DNA from: a virus
Lineage: Duplodnaviria; Caudoviricetes
IMG/VR virus record: IMGVR_UViG_2864522212_000004
Location: 72,255 to 136,254 of that record
DNA: 64,000 bases
Direction: 5' to 3' (one strand)
The notes under the pieces were generated by a model, which saw only the letters and a program-made list of their open reading frames with translations, made no database searches and was not told where the DNA came from. The position numbers and the translations under genes are program-made. This document shows positions 37,899-48,285 of the stretch, one piece after another (within the stretch, counting starts at the first letter, position 1; every line of letters starts with the position of its first letter).

Positions 37899-38320
37899 GA
37901 TTCCAGCTCCTGGTTAATATCGTCGATATTCTTTCCTTCTACCAGTCGAATCATCAACGCGATAGCCCGGCACATCTTCGGATAATCTCCGAACCGTAAG
38001 GCATTCCAGAACTGGAATTCGTATTGTTCCGTCTGGGATTGATGCTGCAGCGCATTGATGATGCCAAGCTGACGGCAGGTCAAAGCGACAGGCTCGTTCC
38101 TGTTTTCCGCATAATGCGTATACCAGAGAGCCTTTCTCAGGTCTTCGACCGGCTTGTTCTTCGACCGGTATCTCCACACGTATTTGACGGCGTTGCCCAT
38201 GCAGAAGCTCATGCCGGCGGTCAGGTCAATACATTCCAGACCGGGATGGGATAATTCGTAGTGTGCGGGATGTTCTACCGGATCGGCGTCACCGACTCGC
38301 GTCACTGTTTCATTGCTCAA
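37895..38320 (-). CDS. DUF3310 (SaV-like) phage protein
   Basis: DPVEHPAHY..ECID..FCMGNAVKYVWR..EDLRKALWY. Confidence 0.85.
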   Translation of the reverse strand: MSNETVTRVGDADPVEHPAHYELSHPGLECIDLTAGMSFCMGNAVKYVWRYRSKNKPVEDLRKALWYTHYAENRNEPVALTCRQLGIINALQHQSQTEQYEFQFWNALRFGDYPKMCRAIALMIRLVEGKNIDDINQELES

Positions 38321-38865
38321 TTGCTGCTCTTCTTTCCTGCGAACACGTGCAGGTCGTACACGTTCTTGTTGACGCCGTGGATGGAACCGTCCGGCCAGAC
38401 TTCCAACACGTAATCCGTGTCGTAATCCAGGTCTCGAACGCTGAGGTCGCTCATGCCGTTGAATTGGAGTGTCCCGGCTTTCGGCTCGCCTTTCCACGTG
38501 AAGATGACAAGGCAGCCTTCCAGCTCATGACAGTTTCGGCCAACAAGGTTGGTCAGTTCGACGAGTCGCCGGTCATCTTCGGTCCCGAACCTGTCGTAAG
38601 CGTCATGCAAAGCGGTTTGAATATCAAAATAGATGCAGGAACACTTGCTGGTCAGATTGTCTTCATCCGATTCTTCCAAGTGGAAGATGGAACGCATGCG
38701 TCCAGACATCGTGACGGCCGCAACATGTTCCTCTTCCTGGCTGGGCTGACGGTAGGCGTGAGCGCGATAACCTTTGATGAATGCTTGTCTGAGGCTGTTA
38801 CTTCCAAGGCCTGCATCCTTCAAGGCATTCAATGCTTCCTGCTGCAGGTCGATTTTCTCGGACAC
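38317..38865 (-). CDS. Hypothetical protein
   Basis: Coupled operon ORF with GTG start. Confidence 0.65.
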   Translation of the reverse strand: MSEKIDLQQEALNALKDAGLGSNSLRQAFIKGYRAHAYRQPSQEEEHVAAVTMSGRMRSIFHLEESDEDNLTSKCSCIYFDIQTALHDAYDRFGTEDDRRLVELTNLVGRNCHELEGCLVIFTWKGEPKAGTLQFNGMSDLSVRDLDYDTDYVLEVWPDGSIHGVNKNVYDLHVFAGKKSSN

Positions 38866-38867
38866 GA

Positions 38868-39248
38868 TTAGGCTTCTTCTTCGATGTGGGCTGATGGATG
38901 CGAATCCGTTTGAATCAATGCGAATTCGAGTTCCACGCCAGGGTTGCGTCGCAGATAGGATTGCACGGATTCCACTCCGGCGACGATGCACGCGGCCTCA
39001 CCACGTCGAACATCATGGCGCCCGTTCTGGTTGGCGATACCGGTCGCATACTCGTGAAGCCGAGTCAGCACGTCAACGTCAACGGGGGTTGTTCTGGTGT
39101 CCTTGCTGTAGTCCGTGTGTTGCCGGATCCAATCCAACAACGTCCAGTTGTCTCCCCATAGCATCAACGTTCCGGGATTTGGGTAAGCGTCATCGCCGGT
39201 GCCTTTAATCCGAATGATTTGTTTGAAGTTTCGTACTGGTTCACTCAT
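38868..39248 (-). CDS. Hypothetical protein
   Basis: Coupled operon ORF. Confidence 0.7.
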   Translation of the reverse strand: MSEPVRNFKQIIRIKGTGDDAYPNPGTLMLWGDNWTLLDWIRQHTDYSKDTRTTPVDVDVLTRLHEYATGIANQNGRHDVRRGEAACIVAGVESVQSYLRRNPGVELEFALIQTDSHPSAHIEEEA

Positions 39249-39993
39249 TGTTTTCTGGTTTCTTGATTCCGGTCACGGCTTGCACGGTGACGTATCCGTC
39301 CGTGTCGAAGTAGTCGACCATGGCGTTGTTGTTCTGATACGTGTACTGGTCGCCGACCTGCTGGCAGAGTTTCTTTGCGTTGCGGACTTTTGGAGTTTCG
39401 ATGACGCAGGCTTGCTCTTCTACGGTCAGCTGTTCGTTGTTCTGGATTTTCTGGTTGATTCGCCGTGCTGTTTCATCCCATTCGTCGGAGGAGGCGCTTC
39501 CTCCATGAGCTTCGATGATTCCTCGTCCGGCCCTGTGTTCCGGACCGATGATCCGGTCTTCGGAATCCGCAGCCATATATTCGGCGTGGGTCGGCACGTA
39601 TGTGGAGGATTCGCCTTCCGGCAGTTGGATGGTGAATCGGGCTCTCCAACTTGCGGAACCTGTACTTGTTCGGACTCCGATCTTCCAATCTTTTGGAAGT
39701 TGACCGTTCTTCTGCAATGCTTTGATGTCCGCGCGCATGAGTTTCGCGTTTTCCGCCGGACTGCGACTGGCATCGTATTTGCCGCCGGTGATGGCGGTGG
39801 ATCCCATGTAGCCTTCCGACTTCACGGAGGGCTTGATGATCGGCTCATCAACGGTCGCCGAGCTTTTCGCTAACAATTTGGAGGCACGCTGAATCATGTC
39901 GTTGGAGGGAAGTCCCGCATTCTTGTTCTCGTTGGCGAATGTGCCATCGCTGTTTCTGAGCTGTTGTTTCGCTTGCGCTGACTTAATGGACAT
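39241..39993 (-). CDS. Protein with LPD29-like (large polyvalent protein-associated) domain
   Basis: AKLMRADIK..KIGVRT..YTYQNNNAMVDYFD pattern. Confidence 0.65.
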   Translation of the reverse strand: MSIKSAQAKQQLRNSDGTFANENKNAGLPSNDMIQRASKLLAKSSATVDEPIIKPSVKSEGYMGSTAITGGKYDASRSPAENAKLMRADIKALQKNGQLPKDWKIGVRTSTGSASWRARFTIQLPEGESSTYVPTHAEYMAADSEDRIIGPEHRAGRGIIEAHGGSASSDEWDETARRINQKIQNNEQLTVEEQACVIETPKVRNAKKLCQQVGDQYTYQNNNAMVDYFDTDGYVTVQAVTGIKKPENNE

Positions 39994-40010
39994 GTTTTCG
40001 TTCTTTCTAT

Positions 40011-40301
40011 TCAGATGACGGGATTCGCGGGAACTCTCGTTGGATTGCCTGCTGCGACATACTGCCCATAGTCCGGGTCGTCTTTGCAGAGTGTCCAGTC
40101 TCCGCTGCCGTCATCGTGGTAGGTCATGTGTGATTTCACGCCTTGTTCGATGAGACATCCATGGGAGCAGGTGTTGAGACGGTTTTGTTCGGGTAGTTTC
40201 ATATAGCCGTCGAGGCTGTTGCGGTCTGCTTCGGGACGGAGCACGAAGTCTCCTATTCCGTTTTGGATGTCTTGGATGCTTGTGTTGGCTGCGTGGCTCA
40301 T
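40011..40301 (-). CDS. Hypothetical protein
   Basis: First gene after a conserved promoter motif. Confidence 0.7.
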   Translation of the reverse strand: MSHAANTSIQDIQNGIGDFVLRPEADRNSLDGYMKLPEQNRLNTCSHGCLIEQGVKSHMTYHDDGSGDWTLCKDDPDYGQYVAAGNPTRVPANPVI

Positions 40302-40459
40302 TGGTGGGTCTTCCTTCAATTCTCTATGTGGATATATTCAGTATAACATGCATATATCGTAGAAGATAATCCCAATGAAAGATATTCACGGTTTAAGGCA
40401 GGCGCCTGGTGCCGAGAAAGCCGAACCGACGTCCGCAGATTCTCCAGCCTCTATCCACT

Positions 40460-40753
40460 TTAGGCATTCTCGAAAGCCTCCTGATCGAACTTGGTATCCA
40501 CGTGGACGGTCCATCCGCTGCTGATCACCTCATTGCAATAGTGCTTGCGGGATGCGACCACCTGGGATTGCAGGTACCTGTTGTCCCTCAGCTGTTCCGC
40601 AGTGGGGTTGCCGAACAGTGGCGTCGGTATTCTTTTCGACCCGGTCTCCGTGACGAAGTACAGGTTGAGCACCGTGTCGTCTTTTACGCGGCGCATAAAG
40701 TCGCCGAGTTTTTCGGTCTTGTCTTCAGACAATGGATCTCCTTGCTGTTCCAT
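40460..40753 (-). CDS. Hypothetical protein
   Basis: ATG directly after a conserved promoter motif. Confidence 0.7.
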   Translation of the reverse strand: MEQQGDPLSEDKTEKLGDFMRRVKDDTVLNLYFVTETGSKRIPTPLFGNPTAEQLRDNRYLQSQVVASRKHYCNEVISSGWTVHVDTKFDQEAFENA

Positions 40754-40800
40754 ACTTTATGTAGATATATTCAGTTTAACAGGCATAACAGAATTGTTTC

Positions 40801-40854
40801 AGAAAAAAGAAAAGGTGCGGCTCACCCAAAAAGTCCACAAAGGAAAGCCGCACC
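40801..40854 (-). terminator. Intrinsic terminator
   Basis: ggtgcggct..agccgcacc followed by ttttcttttt on the minus strand. Confidence 0.7.
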
Positions 40855-40989
40855 ATAGGAGAATCCGAGGAAAATCAGGATTGCCATCGAGAGGATTCGG
40901 GTCGAGAGAACGTAGGCCCTCATCCTGATATCTCAACCTACCGTAGTGTTTCCGAAACAACAGGCGATATATTGAAACAATCAGATGGC

Positions 40990-41982
40990 TTAATTTTCTT
41001 TCGCCTGGCATTGCTGCAGGAACCCGATCGTCTCGCTTTTCTCCCAACTGCTCATGGAAAGTCCATACTTGTCTTTGATGTAGACGCGCTTGGCCATGTA
41101 GGAGCACTGGTAGCCGCTGTTGCTCGGCAGCCAGACGGATGGGGTGGATGCGGCCCATCGTCCGACGGACTTCTTGGGGACACCGCTCCCGTACAGGTTG
41201 ATGCCCTCGCTTTTCGCATTGTTGGCATCCCCCTGGCTGGCAAGCAGCACGTCCGGATCGTTCGCGTATTTCACGCGATCGTTTTTCCTTGAGTTCTTCC
41301 ACAGGCCGGAGGCCCATGCGTCGTTCAAGGCGACCACATGGTCGATCTGCACTGCGGTGCTGTCTCCGCTGACGGTCTTCCCGTTCTTCACGACGCTCTT
41401 CCGGAAGTTGATGGTCTGGCCCGTATAGGGGTCATGCAGTGTCCCGGATTGCACCTTGCAATTGGAGTCCATGACTGGATCGGTCAAGTCACGGTTGAGT
41501 ATGTAGTCGCGGGTGGTTCCGTATCCGCAAAGCTGGTCGCTGTTCTGCCAGTCCCCGAAATCCTCGGCGCGATTGTAGCCCTTCGTATGGGGTGTTTCGG
41601 TCGGGAGGTTCCGGGTGGCTGTGATGGCTTCGGACACGCTCATGGGGCTTGCTGCGGAAGCCGGCAGTCCGCTCGCTCCCATATCCGTGTTCGTGGAATC
41701 CTTTTCTCCGGTGTTCCCCGAGGAGGTCAGACCGTCTTTGATCTGGCCTTCGATTTTCGACAGGTCCGGTTTTTTCAACCCCAAGCCGATGTTTGTTTTC
41801 TGCATGGAGTCTTCGCTCGGAAGTATCTGACTGATGCTGGTTATTGCAGGCAACCCGAATTGTGGGGCGACCGTGGCCCATACTCCGGTTTGGATGATGA
41901 CGATGATGGTTATGAGCACGATGGCCAAGCCGCCAAGGATGCCGGCGACGGTTATGCCGGTCTTGTTTTTTCTCGATGCCAC
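40990..41982 (-). CDS. Membrane-anchored extracellular HNH nuclease (DUF1524-like)
   Basis: N-terminal TM helix, DPYTG, QIDHVVAL..AW, NDPDVLLAS..N..K. Confidence 0.85.
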   Translation of the reverse strand: MASRKNKTGITVAGILGGLAIVLITIIVIIQTGVWATVAPQFGLPAITSISQILPSEDSMQKTNIGLGLKKPDLSKIEGQIKDGLTSSGNTGEKDSTNTDMGASGLPASAASPMSVSEAITATRNLPTETPHTKGYNRAEDFGDWQNSDQLCGYGTTRDYILNRDLTDPVMDSNCKVQSGTLHDPYTGQTINFRKSVVKNGKTVSGDSTAVQIDHVVALNDAWASGLWKNSRKNDRVKYANDPDVLLASQGDANNAKSEGINLYGSGVPKKSVGRWAASTPSVWLPSNSGYQCSYMAKRVYIKDKYGLSMSSWEKSETIGFLQQCQAKEN

Positions 41983-41996
41983 GACGGTTTCCTTTT

Positions 41997-42131
41997 CTAG
42001 AACAGTCCGCTGATGATGGTCCAGACGACCGCGATGACGAATAGGATGACGATGATCGCTCCGAACAGGTCGGCGTTGCTGTTGACGAATTCCGCAAATG
42101 GGGGAAGTTCCGGTTTCTTGTCATTGGCCAT
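41997..42131 (-). CDS. Small membrane protein
   Basis: RBS aaggag, single TM helix. Confidence 0.7.
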   Translation of the reverse strand: MANDKKPELPPFAEFVNSNADLFGAIIVILFVIAVVWTIISGLF

Positions 42132-42141
42132 GATGGTCTCC

Positions 42142-43287
42142 TTAGTTGTTCTGTCCATTGTTTTGGCTGTCGGATGCCGTACCATCCGACGATGTGCCGT
42201 CTGAGGCGTTATCGGACGAGGTGTTGCCGGTCTCGTCGTCGGAGTTCGCCGAGGTCACGTCGCTTTTGTTCAGTGCGTTCGCATAGGGTCTCAACGTCCT
42301 GACGCTGCCATCCGCTCCCCAGTCGATGATCTTCGCGTTACCGGATGTAGGGTTCTTGACCAGTACGGTGATGTTCGTCTTGACGGTCGAGCCGCCGGTG
42401 TTGTCCGAAGATGACGTGTCGCTTCCCTTATCGGAACTGTCTTGCATCGCGGCATACGGTTCGAATGTGATGCTGATCGACGCCGCAGCATAGGGAGGCG
42501 TGTCGCTGGATTGTTCCTTTGGTACGGATTGCCCGTTCTTGTCGCACTCCACAAGCCAGTTGATGCTCACGTTTTTGAATGTTCCGATGGCTGCTGGCTG
42601 GTAGGCGTGCTCGCTGTTCGGGTCCCCGACCAGCACGGTGAACGCGTTGCTGTCTTTCCCGATGTAGGCTTTCGCCCAAGCGTTGACGACGTTCTGGAAG
42701 CTGGACGCCTGGTCGATGCGAGAGTATCCGGATGGCGTATAGGATTGGGCTCCGCCAGCGCCGCTTGCTTTCAACGGCAGCACTGTTGGCTCTCCCACGG
42801 CGGTGGCCACGTTGTTCTTCCATGAAATGAGCTGGGTTACGTCGCGGGTGGATCCGTCGGACAGGTCGGTCAGGGAGAACTGGTGGCTCCACCAGTCGGT
42901 ATGTTCCTTTCCTGTTCCGGTGTCCTCGTCACTGGATCCGACTTTTGTCGCCGAATCCCATAACAGGTTCGTGGTCCCGTAACGGAATGGTCCTTTGTTT
43001 GTGTCCAACCATTTGTTGACGGACGCCAAGGCTGCCTGTTTTCCTGGTTTGTCTACGCTGATCTCCTTGTATTTCGCGCTCAACATGGAACCCATGTCCT
43101 GCAGCGTGCTGATTGCGCGAATGCTGATGACGGGAGCGACGATTCCGGCGATCATGAACACGGTGATGAAAACTTTCCACCAGCGGGTGTTTCGCATGGC
43201 GCGTTTGATTGCCGTCAGTTCGACTTCGTTCTTCCGTTTGTCTTCGGTGATGTCCATTGGAGATTCAACGGATGCTTTTCGTGCCAC
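42142..43287 (-). CDS. Conjugal transfer protein, VirB8/TcpC-like
   Basis: One N-terminal TM helix followed by a two-domain extracellular region; tra context. Confidence 0.55.
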   Translation of the reverse strand: MARKASVESPMDITEDKRKNEVELTAIKRAMRNTRWWKVFITVFMIAGIVAPVISIRAISTLQDMGSMLSAKYKEISVDKPGKQAALASVNKWLDTNKGPFRYGTTNLLWDSATKVGSSDEDTGTGKEHTDWWSHQFSLTDLSDGSTRDVTQLISWKNNVATAVGEPTVLPLKASGAGGAQSYTPSGYSRIDQASSFQNVVNAWAKAYIGKDSNAFTVLVGDPNSEHAYQPAAIGTFKNVSINWLVECDKNGQSVPKEQSSDTPPYAAASISITFEPYAAMQDSSDKGSDTSSSDNTGGSTVKTNITVLVKNPTSGNAKIIDWGADGSVRTLRPYANALNKSDVTSANSDDETGNTSSDNASDGTSSDGTASDSQNNGQNN

Positions 43288-43371
43288 TTCGTCTCCTTGA
43301 GAATCTGAACGTGTTATCTAGTGTCAGACTATCCGGAGTCTCAGCGTGAAAGCGGTGGAAGTCGGGAAAAG

Positions 43372-43407
43372 AAAAAAGAGACTCGGATACTGCCGAGTCT
43401 CTTTTTT
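43372..43407. terminator. Bidirectional terminator
   Basis: aaaaaagagactcgg..ccgagtctctttttt. Confidence 0.8.
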
Positions 43408-43410
43408 GTG

Positions 43411-43794
43411 TCAGCGGGTCTGCGCGTATTTTCTGGCCAGCTCCATGTCAAGTCCTCCGTTGACGAAGCATTGTTCCACCGCGGCGTTAAGAAGAGCCTG
43501 CGTGGTCATGTTCGTCTCGACCGACTTGATTCGCAGCGCGAGATAGTTTTCATCCGTCAGGTTCGTGCCGAGCCTCCGGTCGAACGAATACACGGGCTTC
43601 CTCCGGCCGGCCCTCCCGGATGCTTCATTCGTTTTCGTCTCATGATCTTCCGGGATTGCTTCAGAGACTGCTTTCTGCTCGGGAGCCTCGACCGTCATCT
43701 TCGGTTCGGGGGGTTCGGATAGGAGAGGCCGACGCCCCATGTCGCGAGTGTCCTGCAGGCCGCGTCCGAAAGCGCTGTTGATATTCTTTACCAT
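43411..43794 (-). CDS. Type Ib partition centromere-binding protein (ParG-like RHH)
   Basis: Follows parA; disordered N-terminus and RHH-like C-terminus. Confidence 0.65.
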   Translation of the reverse strand: MVKNINSAFGRGLQDTRDMGRRPLLSEPPEPKMTVEAPEQKAVSEAIPEDHETKTNEASGRAGRRKPVYSFDRRLGTNLTDENYLALRIKSVETNMTTQALLNAAVEQCFVNGGLDMELARKYAQTR

Positions 43795-43804
43795 GTTTCA
43801 ACTC

Positions 43805-44467
43805 CTACTCGATGCCGAACTGTTTGACGAGGTCAATGAGCTCTTGGGTGACGGAAGCGTAATCCCTGTTGTCTATCTGGTTGGTTCCGTACAGATTCTT
43901 GATGGCTTCCCTCTCGTGGATGACCGTTTCGAATCGTGTTGCCTCCAGCTCATCCAATTGTTTCACTGCGTCACGCGCGAGTTTGGTTCGCGCTTTCACT
44001 CGCGTGAGCAGGATGATGCCGTTTCTGGCGGCCGCATAGGTCTTCCCTGCATGGCTCAAATCGCTGATGGACGGCTGGCAGGGGATGATTGACACGTCGG
44101 CCGCCTGGAGTGCCGTCTGCACCGTTCCCGCATCGGATGGAGGCGTGTCGATGATGACCCATCCTTTGTAGCGTTCGCGAATCCTGTCGGGCATTCCGAG
44201 GATCACGTCATTGGTTTGGATCACGTCGAAACCCAGCTTGTAGGGTTTGTGCGGAGTCCCGTTGGCTTCGTCTTCTTTGCGACGACGATCGTCCTCGATT
44301 CGCACGTATTCGTCCCAGAGCGTCGCGCCACCGGTGTTGTCGGCGTCCAGAACCGTGACGTGTTCGCCGCGCCGGGCGAGGCATCCGGCGATGAGCATGG
44401 CTGTCGTCGTTTTTCCGACGCCGCCTTTGATGTCGGCGACCGCGACAAGAATCGTGCTTTTCAGCAT
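43805..44467 (-). CDS. parA: ParA-family partition ATPase
   Basis: KGGVGKTT, LDAD, IIDTPP. Confidence 0.92.
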   Translation of the reverse strand: MLKSTILVAVADIKGGVGKTTTAMLIAGCLARRGEHVTVLDADNTGGATLWDEYVRIEDDRRRKEDEANGTPHKPYKLGFDVIQTNDVILGMPDRIRERYKGWVIIDTPPSDAGTVQTALQAADVSIIPCQPSISDLSHAGKTYAAARNGIILLTRVKARTKLARDAVKQLDELEATRFETVIHEREAIKNLYGTNQIDNRDYASVTQELIDLVKQFGIE

Positions 44468-44689
44468 GCTGTTTTCTCCTCTGTTCACGTTTTCCGCCGC
44501 CAAGGTGGAGGCGTGGGACGCGCTTTTTTTATGTGGCCACATTCAGTGTAGCAGAGGCGCATTTTTTTGTGGAACCAGCTCTCCCCATCAACAGGAAAAC
44601 AACACAATGCGGGAATGATCAGGCAGAGAAACGCTTCCGCATTCATCTGCCAAACCATTCCCGCATTTCCACAGTTCTTTGCGAAAATT

Positions 44690-45034
44690 TTAGGATGCCG
44701 TAAACAACAGCCTCTCCAAAAACGCTTTGAGCAACACGCCCAAATCCGGGAGCTGACTAGCAATCCCCTGCATCCATTCACGGATGGGAATGCCCATCGC
44801 CTCCAGGACACCGCTGATGACCCACACGAAGAACAGGCCCGCGCATATCCTCGCCGCAACGGACAACATTCTCATCGAACGTCCCATGATCCTCATGAAT
44901 ACGCTGACGCCGCCGACCGCCAACAGGAGCAGGGTCAGCACGGCTCCCGTTGGCGTGAACATCCAAGCGAACAGGACGGTGAGAAAATCGGCGGCTCCCT
45001 GCCCAGCCGTCTGAGTAACAGTGCCGGTGTCCAT
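44690..45034 (-). CDS. Membrane protein of the tra operon
   Basis: 2-3 TM helices; coupled to the upstream stop. Confidence 0.7.
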   Translation of the reverse strand: MDTGTVTQTAGQGAADFLTVLFAWMFTPTGAVLTLLLLAVGGVSVFMRIMGRSMRMLSVAARICAGLFFVWVISGVLEAMGIPIREWMQGIASQLPDLGVLLKAFLERLLFTAS

Positions 45035-48000
45035 CAGAATGCATCTCCATCCGTTTCGAACTCATCAGACGTTTTCTGGCGAGGTGGGTTCTTCGGCGCG
45101 TTGAGGTTCGCATGGTATTTCGCCGCTGCTTCCTTGACCTCTCCCGTGATACGCGCGCTCTCCAATGCGTCGGCGGCTTCCTGTTCGCTCATGTGGCCCT
45201 GTTGCCGGAAGTTGTGCATCATGCTGTTCTCCACCACCCCGAACGCCTTGTCTCCATCGGAGTTGAGACTTCCGTCCTCGGAGTGCATTTCGTTCAATGA
45301 TTCATCGAGATCGAACGGATTGTCTTCGACCGGAGCAATCGGAGTCATGACCGTCGTGGGCCTGTTGCCTAGGCTTAGGATTTCGTTGCGGCTCTTCTCC
45401 GCTCTAGCTCCCAGTGCGCCGATTCCGACCTTGGCTCCATGCCAGAGGTCACGGTTGGTGGCGAGCTTACCCAATGCGACTGCACCTGCCGGCAATGTGA
45501 TCGGGTTGGATGTGAGTGCGGCAGCGGCGATACCGGTCGCCGCGACTTTGGCGCCACGCTTGACCACGTCACGCAACGGTTGGGATTGCATGACACCTAG
45601 GGCTGCCTTGCCTGTCGCGCCCAACAGCATAGCTCCTCCGCCCAGGCCGCGTGCGGTCTGATTAAGCAGGCTTGCACCTTTTGCCATGGTACGGGCGCGG
45701 CCGAGCGATGCGCCGGGATGGCGGGCCATATAGTTCTTGACGCGATCATCGTAGGACATGCCGCCCGTCATGAACGCCTGAGCTCTGTCGGCTCGGTTGG
45801 TGAAACGTGCGGCGACTCCTGCGAGGGACCCGCGTACGGTGCCTTCGTTCATGCGCCCCCATCTATAGCTGAGGGAGTCTGCTCCGCGGGCTGCGATCGC
45901 ATCGTATTCTTTCGCGTTGCGTCCGTACAGGTTGCGGTCGCCGCCGTCGAGGTCAAGATTCTTCCTCTCCGAATCGAGCATGGAGTCGAGTTTGCTTTCG
46001 CCGGCGGTGGGACCGAACATCCTGTGGCGCGGTCCGGCGTTGCGACTGGACATGCCGCCGTGGTTTCGGCTTGTGAGGAGCCGTCTCATGAGGAGACCGC
46101 TGCCTATTCCTCCGCCGATTCTCCTGAGGCCGGCCAGCACTCCGCCTGCCATGGCTCCACCGGTGGCGATTCCCATCATCGCTTTGAAACTGAACGGGTT
46201 GCCGACTTTGAGCACGCTGGTGCAGAACAGGCTGATGGCCGCGATTGCAAGCACCGGACTGAAACCGCTGATCACGTTGTACATGAAGCTGCTGCTCATT
46301 TCGGAACAGAACTTCAACATGAGCTGGCAGATGAATGAGGCGATGGCTCCCAAAGCCGAATACAATCCGCCGGTCATGCTCAGGTTGCACGTGTATTTCA
46401 CCCAGTTCTTCAACACGTTCTTCGGAGCTTCGCCTATGGGGAAAGCTCTCACGAGGAATGCTACGACGAGGAACAGCACCATCAGGACGAGCATGAGCTT
46501 GGTCATGATGAGGATGACGCTGAGTAATCCCCAGACGATCATGTTGCAGATGCCACCGAGCACGGATCCGAATGCGCCCAGATTGTCAGGTGCTGAATTG
46601 CCGTACAGGTTGTCCAGGGTGATTCGCATCGCTCCTTGTCCGGTCGAAGAATCCTGCGTGTCACCAAGGTTGGCTTCACGCCAGGTTCCGCCGACGTTGG
46701 GGATATCGAAACGCCAGCCCAGGTTCGCGGCATCGGCGATGTTCGTGTTCTGGACGTTGCCGCTCGAATCACGGAAGTCATTGTCGTTGTGAAAGGCCCG
46801 ATACTGGTCGCCTGTGAATTGCTTTGTGCCCAAAGCCACATTGCACAATTGGAGTATGTTCTGGTCTATCTTGTCATCGTCCCCGTAGAAGTGGGCCCCG
46901 TTCCCGCCTGAGATGTCGCTGAACCCATCCTTTTTCAGTCTGACGGTGAGCTTCCCGTTTTTGATGGCACCTGTATCCTTGTCCCCCATGTTTTTGACGA
47001 GGATGTTCCAGCCGTCACGGCCGTACACCTTCCCACTGCCGTCGATACCGCAGGTCTCCCAAAAGATCCCCGCTCTGGTCAGTCGAACATATTTATCCCG
47101 ATCGTTCTGCTCCTTTTCCTTGTCATTGACGGAACTGTCTTGAGGGTCGATCCAACCGTGTTCGCTGAACAACCATTCTGCTGTGTCGGAATCGATACTC
47201 AAACCGGTTGCCGCATTCGTCAATGTCATTTGCACCGCAGGATCGGTGTTCGTGTTCATGTCAAGCACATGGCAGTACGCTTGCTGTGCGTTGTCGGCCA
47301 CGCCTGATGGCGTGTTCGGCCCCGCTGACGGATTACCCCATTGCATCGTCACCCACGATCGGAGAGCTGTTTCCTCCCACATGCGGTTCACGGCCTTGGT
47401 GATAGAGGATGTGTCTCCCCCGTTGCCGCTGGTCGCGGTGTCGTACTGCTGGTGCATGGCATACAGGTAATCCTGGCAGTTCGTATTACGGTTGAGTGCT
47501 TTGTTGCTGAACGCCATCATGTTCGATTCGCCGTCGTTCAACCCGTCCAGATCAAGTCCGACGGTGAGCTTGTTGACTGCGCCGTTGATGGTGTTGACGA
47601 CCCACCAGGGACTGCCGGTCGCCGGTTCGGTCGCATTCTCCGCGGTTTTCGAGGCTCCTGTCCCCAACACGATGAGAGCCGCAAGGCACAGCACTGTGGC
47701 AAGCAGTCGTTTGCTCGCCTCTTTCGTGGTCCCGATGTCGAATCCCGCCGCGAGAAGCCATACGACGATGGCGGTCACCATCAACGCCGCGGGAATACCG
47801 CCGGCCATGACATTGTCGATAAGTTTCGCCGTGGCGTGGTCGACCGACGCTCCGGCGGTCTTCAATGGGGTGAAGCTTGCCGCGAACTGGCTTAGAGAAA
47901 GGGCGGATGACCAGCAGAGCTGTGTGATCTGCATCAGCATGTTCGGCAGGATGTCCCTCGTCGTATGGCTGATCAGGGCGGGCACGTTGGCGAGGAATCC

Positions 48001-48285
48001 GATAATGCCGCTCGATGGTTCGATGCGGCTGGTTATGCTGCCGACATTGCTTCCCCATCGGCCGGACGGAAGACATGTCGTGTAATCGACTTGGGTGCTT
48101 GTGGTCGTAGCGCATGCCGGCGCGCTCGCGCCTCCGTCGTTTTCGACCATGGCGAATGCTTGGGAGGGCAGTACGGCCACTGTCATCAGAACGACGAGCA
48201 GAACAATGAACAGCATGTTCCGTCGCGCTTTCATCCTGACCGGGAGGCTGGGCTGCATCTGGGTTGAAGCGCTCACAGTATCCAC
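45034..48285 (-). CDS. Large polytopic T4SS channel protein, VirB6-like
   Basis: Multiple TM clusters, large extracellular loop, Gly/Ala-rich cytoplasmic tail; GTG start after gaaggag. Confidence 0.65.
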   Translation of the reverse strand: MDTVSASTQMQPSLPVRMKARRNMLFIVLLVVLMTVAVLPSQAFAMVENDGGASAPACATTTSTQVDYTTCLPSGRWGSNVGSITSRIEPSSGIIGFLANVPALISHTTRDILPNMLMQITQLCWSSALSLSQFAASFTPLKTAGASVDHATAKLIDNVMAGGIPAALMVTAIVVWLLAAGFDIGTTKEASKRLLATVLCLAALIVLGTGASKTAENATEPATGSPWWVVNTINGAVNKLTVGLDLDGLNDGESNMMAFSNKALNRNTNCQDYLYAMHQQYDTATSGNGGDTSSITKAVNRMWEETALRSWVTMQWGNPSAGPNTPSGVADNAQQAYCHVLDMNTNTDPAVQMTLTNAATGLSIDSDTAEWLFSEHGWIDPQDSSVNDKEKEQNDRDKYVRLTRAGIFWETCGIDGSGKVYGRDGWNILVKNMGDKDTGAIKNGKLTVRLKKDGFSDISGGNGAHFYGDDDKIDQNILQLCNVALGTKQFTGDQYRAFHNDNDFRDSSGNVQNTNIADAANLGWRFDIPNVGGTWREANLGDTQDSSTGQGAMRITLDNLYGNSAPDNLGAFGSVLGGICNMIVWGLLSVILIMTKLMLVLMVLFLVVAFLVRAFPIGEAPKNVLKNWVKYTCNLSMTGGLYSALGAIASFICQLMLKFCSEMSSSFMYNVISGFSPVLAIAAISLFCTSVLKVGNPFSFKAMMGIATGGAMAGGVLAGLRRIGGGIGSGLLMRRLLTSRNHGGMSSRNAGPRHRMFGPTAGESKLDSMLDSERKNLDLDGGDRNLYGRNAKEYDAIAARGADSLSYRWGRMNEGTVRGSLAGVAARFTNRADRAQAFMTGGMSYDDRVKNYMARHPGASLGRARTMAKGASLLNQTARGLGGGAMLLGATGKAALGVMQSQPLRDVVKRGAKVAATGIAAAALTSNPITLPAGAVALGKLATNRDLWHGAKVGIGALGARAEKSRNEILSLGNRPTTVMTPIAPVEDNPFDLDESLNEMHSEDGSLNSDGDKAFGVVENSMMHNFRQQGHMSEQEAADALESARITGEVKEAAAKYHANLNAPKNPPRQKTSDEFETDGDAF

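Noticed and set aside
28100-40800. Complete prophage
   Set aside because: No integrase, terminase, capsid, tail or lysis genes in the window.
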